A stretch of DNA of 64,000 nucleotides. Source: Minisyncoccia bacterium. Lineage in GTDB: Bacteria; Patescibacteriota; Minisyncoccia; Phycocordibacterales; UBA918. The notes under the pieces were generated by a model, which saw only the letters and a program-made list of their open reading frames with translations, did no database searches and was not told where the DNA came from. The stretch is taken from positions 363,446 to 427,445 of the forward strand of contig JBKBPM010000001.1 in NCBI GenBank assembly GCA_046293175.1. Reading direction: 5' to 3'. This document shows positions 63,009 through 64,000 of the stretch, in pieces (within the stretch, counting starts at the first letter, position 1; each line of letters starts with the position of its first letter). The position numbers were made by a program, and so were the translations under genes.

Positions 63009-64000
63009 CTAGAAGAGTTTCCAGATGTTCTTATCCTCCTCCCCATCAATCTTAAACATCACTACCCCACGAAGGTCATGTTCTTTGGCAATATCAAGTT
63101 TATCCTCAATAGCCTTGGCATCACTATAGGTGATAAATCGTACACTCACAGTCTCACCAGTTTTGTTGGCATAAGCGAGTGCTTTGGCAGCCGCTTCCAT
63201 ACCTTTTGGCGTACCTTTTGGAGTTCTTTGGTGCTTGAGCTTCTCCCAGGTCGAATCCTCGGGGAAATAACTCATTACCGCTTCACCACCAGCACTCCGA
63301 CCAATTGGAGTTTTGTAGATTTTCTTTGAGAGCTCGAGGATGCGTGGGGGATTAAGAGTCGCCACGCGTGTGTAGTTGCTAAACCAATCTGGCTCAACCG
63401 TCACATCCCAAGCACGTCCGTAGGTAGCGACACCAACGAGAACCTTATCTTTTGGAAAATCCTTAAGAGCAAGCTCCACCACCTTTTCTACCCATTCTTT
63501 GTCTGCCACTGGTGCATAGGGGTAGCCAGCACGTTTTTTGTTGAGCGTCAGGTCGGCCCGCTGCTGGTCGTAGGTCATGATTTCGATATGATCACAGTGC
63601 TTTGCAATTTCTTTGTAGTCATTGGCATAGTTGAGTGGATTAGGCACATTAACGTACAAATCCTTGGGTGGTGTACGAGCCTCAACGGTGCAGGTGAGAA
63701 GTTTTCCCTTTAGGGCTTGTTTGAGATCTTTAAGGAAAAGAGAGAAGTAGTCTTTGGTTTCGCTATTTTTGTCCTCATAGTCGATATTAATACCGTCGAA
63801 TTTCCCCTTCTCGACAATCTTAACAATAGACTTGATTTGGTCTTCGCGGTACTTGTCATTGCTCAAAATCGGATGAATTTGATCACCGTCAAACCAAGCA
63901 ATGGTCGGAATAATTTCCACCTTATTCTTGCGCGCGGTTTTGAAAAAGGTCTGCCACTGACGCTCATCGAGATTGGCTTTATCGATGATACTTCCAGCTG
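63009..64000 (-). CDS. glycoside hydrolase family 18-like protein, 5'-truncated by the window edge
   Basis: The in-frame reading continues without a stop from 63920 to the window end (...[39 protein letters not shown]). The GH18-type DxxDxDxE-like motif FDGINIDYE is present, with N at the second Asp position. The tool start at 63920 is a GTG. Confidence 0.6.
   Translation of the reverse strand, partial: AGSIIDKANLDERQWQTFFKTARKNKVEIIPTIAWFDGDQIHPILSNDKYREDQIKSIVKIVEKGKFDGINIDYEDKNSETKDYFSLFLKDLKQALKGKLLTCTVEARTPPKDLYVNVPNPLNYANDYKEIAKHCDHIEIMTYDQQRADLTLNKKRAGYPYAPVADKEWVEKVVELALKDFPKDKVLVGVATYGRAWDVTVEPDWFSNYTRVATLNPPRILELSKKIYKTPIGRSAGGEAVMSYFPEDSTWEKLKHQRTPKGTPKGMEAAAKALAYANKTGETVSVRFITYSDAKAIEDKLDIAKEHDLRGVVMFKIDGEEDKNIWKLF

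Noticed and set aside
1-64000. CRISPR arrays, rRNA, tRNA, transposase or integrase genes.
   Set aside because: No direct-repeat/spacer periodicity, no rRNA- or tRNA-like conserved blocks, and no ORF with transposase or recombinase motifs. The only repeat family is the hairpin-rich intergenic element, which has no coding capacity.

Overview
This 64-kb window (about 50% GC, over 90% coding) carries about 32 protein-coding genes, every one on the minus strand. I found no rRNA, tRNA or CRISPR.

The content is dominated by a cell-surface 'super-locus':
- Two giant ORFs: 30372..52724 (7450 aa) and 6980..13141 (2053 aa). They are built from BNR-like beta-propellers, FN3-like domains, DUF2341+LamG-like modules, parallel beta-helix-like repeats, a Gly-rich spacer, and a shared Cys-rich C-terminal domain ending in Y-W-G-I-x-V-P.
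- A cohesin/dockerin gene set, including membrane-spanning cohesin proteins with conserved cytoplasmic tails.
- Four CscA-like proteins (DUF916/DUF3324-like: signal peptide, about 250-aa ectodomain, C-terminal TM anchor). Each sits immediately downstream of a protein carrying a WxL-like or W-G-[IL] C-terminal domain, which recalls the csc (WxL) surface-complex loci of Firmicutes.

Housekeeping-type genes flank the locus: FKBP PPIase, CapA-like, AI-2E transporter, a catalytically dead TlpA-like redoxin, a MacB/FtsX-type ABC pair, MgtE, Hsp20, a Y-family polymerase and a truncated GH18-like gene.

Non-coding signals:
- A four-copy, hairpin-rich intergenic repeat family with compensatory base changes in at least four hairpins. 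Three copies bracket the ABC transporter genes.
- A perfect 33-nt palindrome 30 nt upstream of the giant gene.
- Rho-independent-type terminators.
- A roughly 0.8-kb AT-rich island containing a gene split by a frameshift in a T7 homopolymer.

By inference only, this is a monoderm, possibly CPR/Patescibacteria-like, organism with an elaborate attachment or surface-assembly apparatus.
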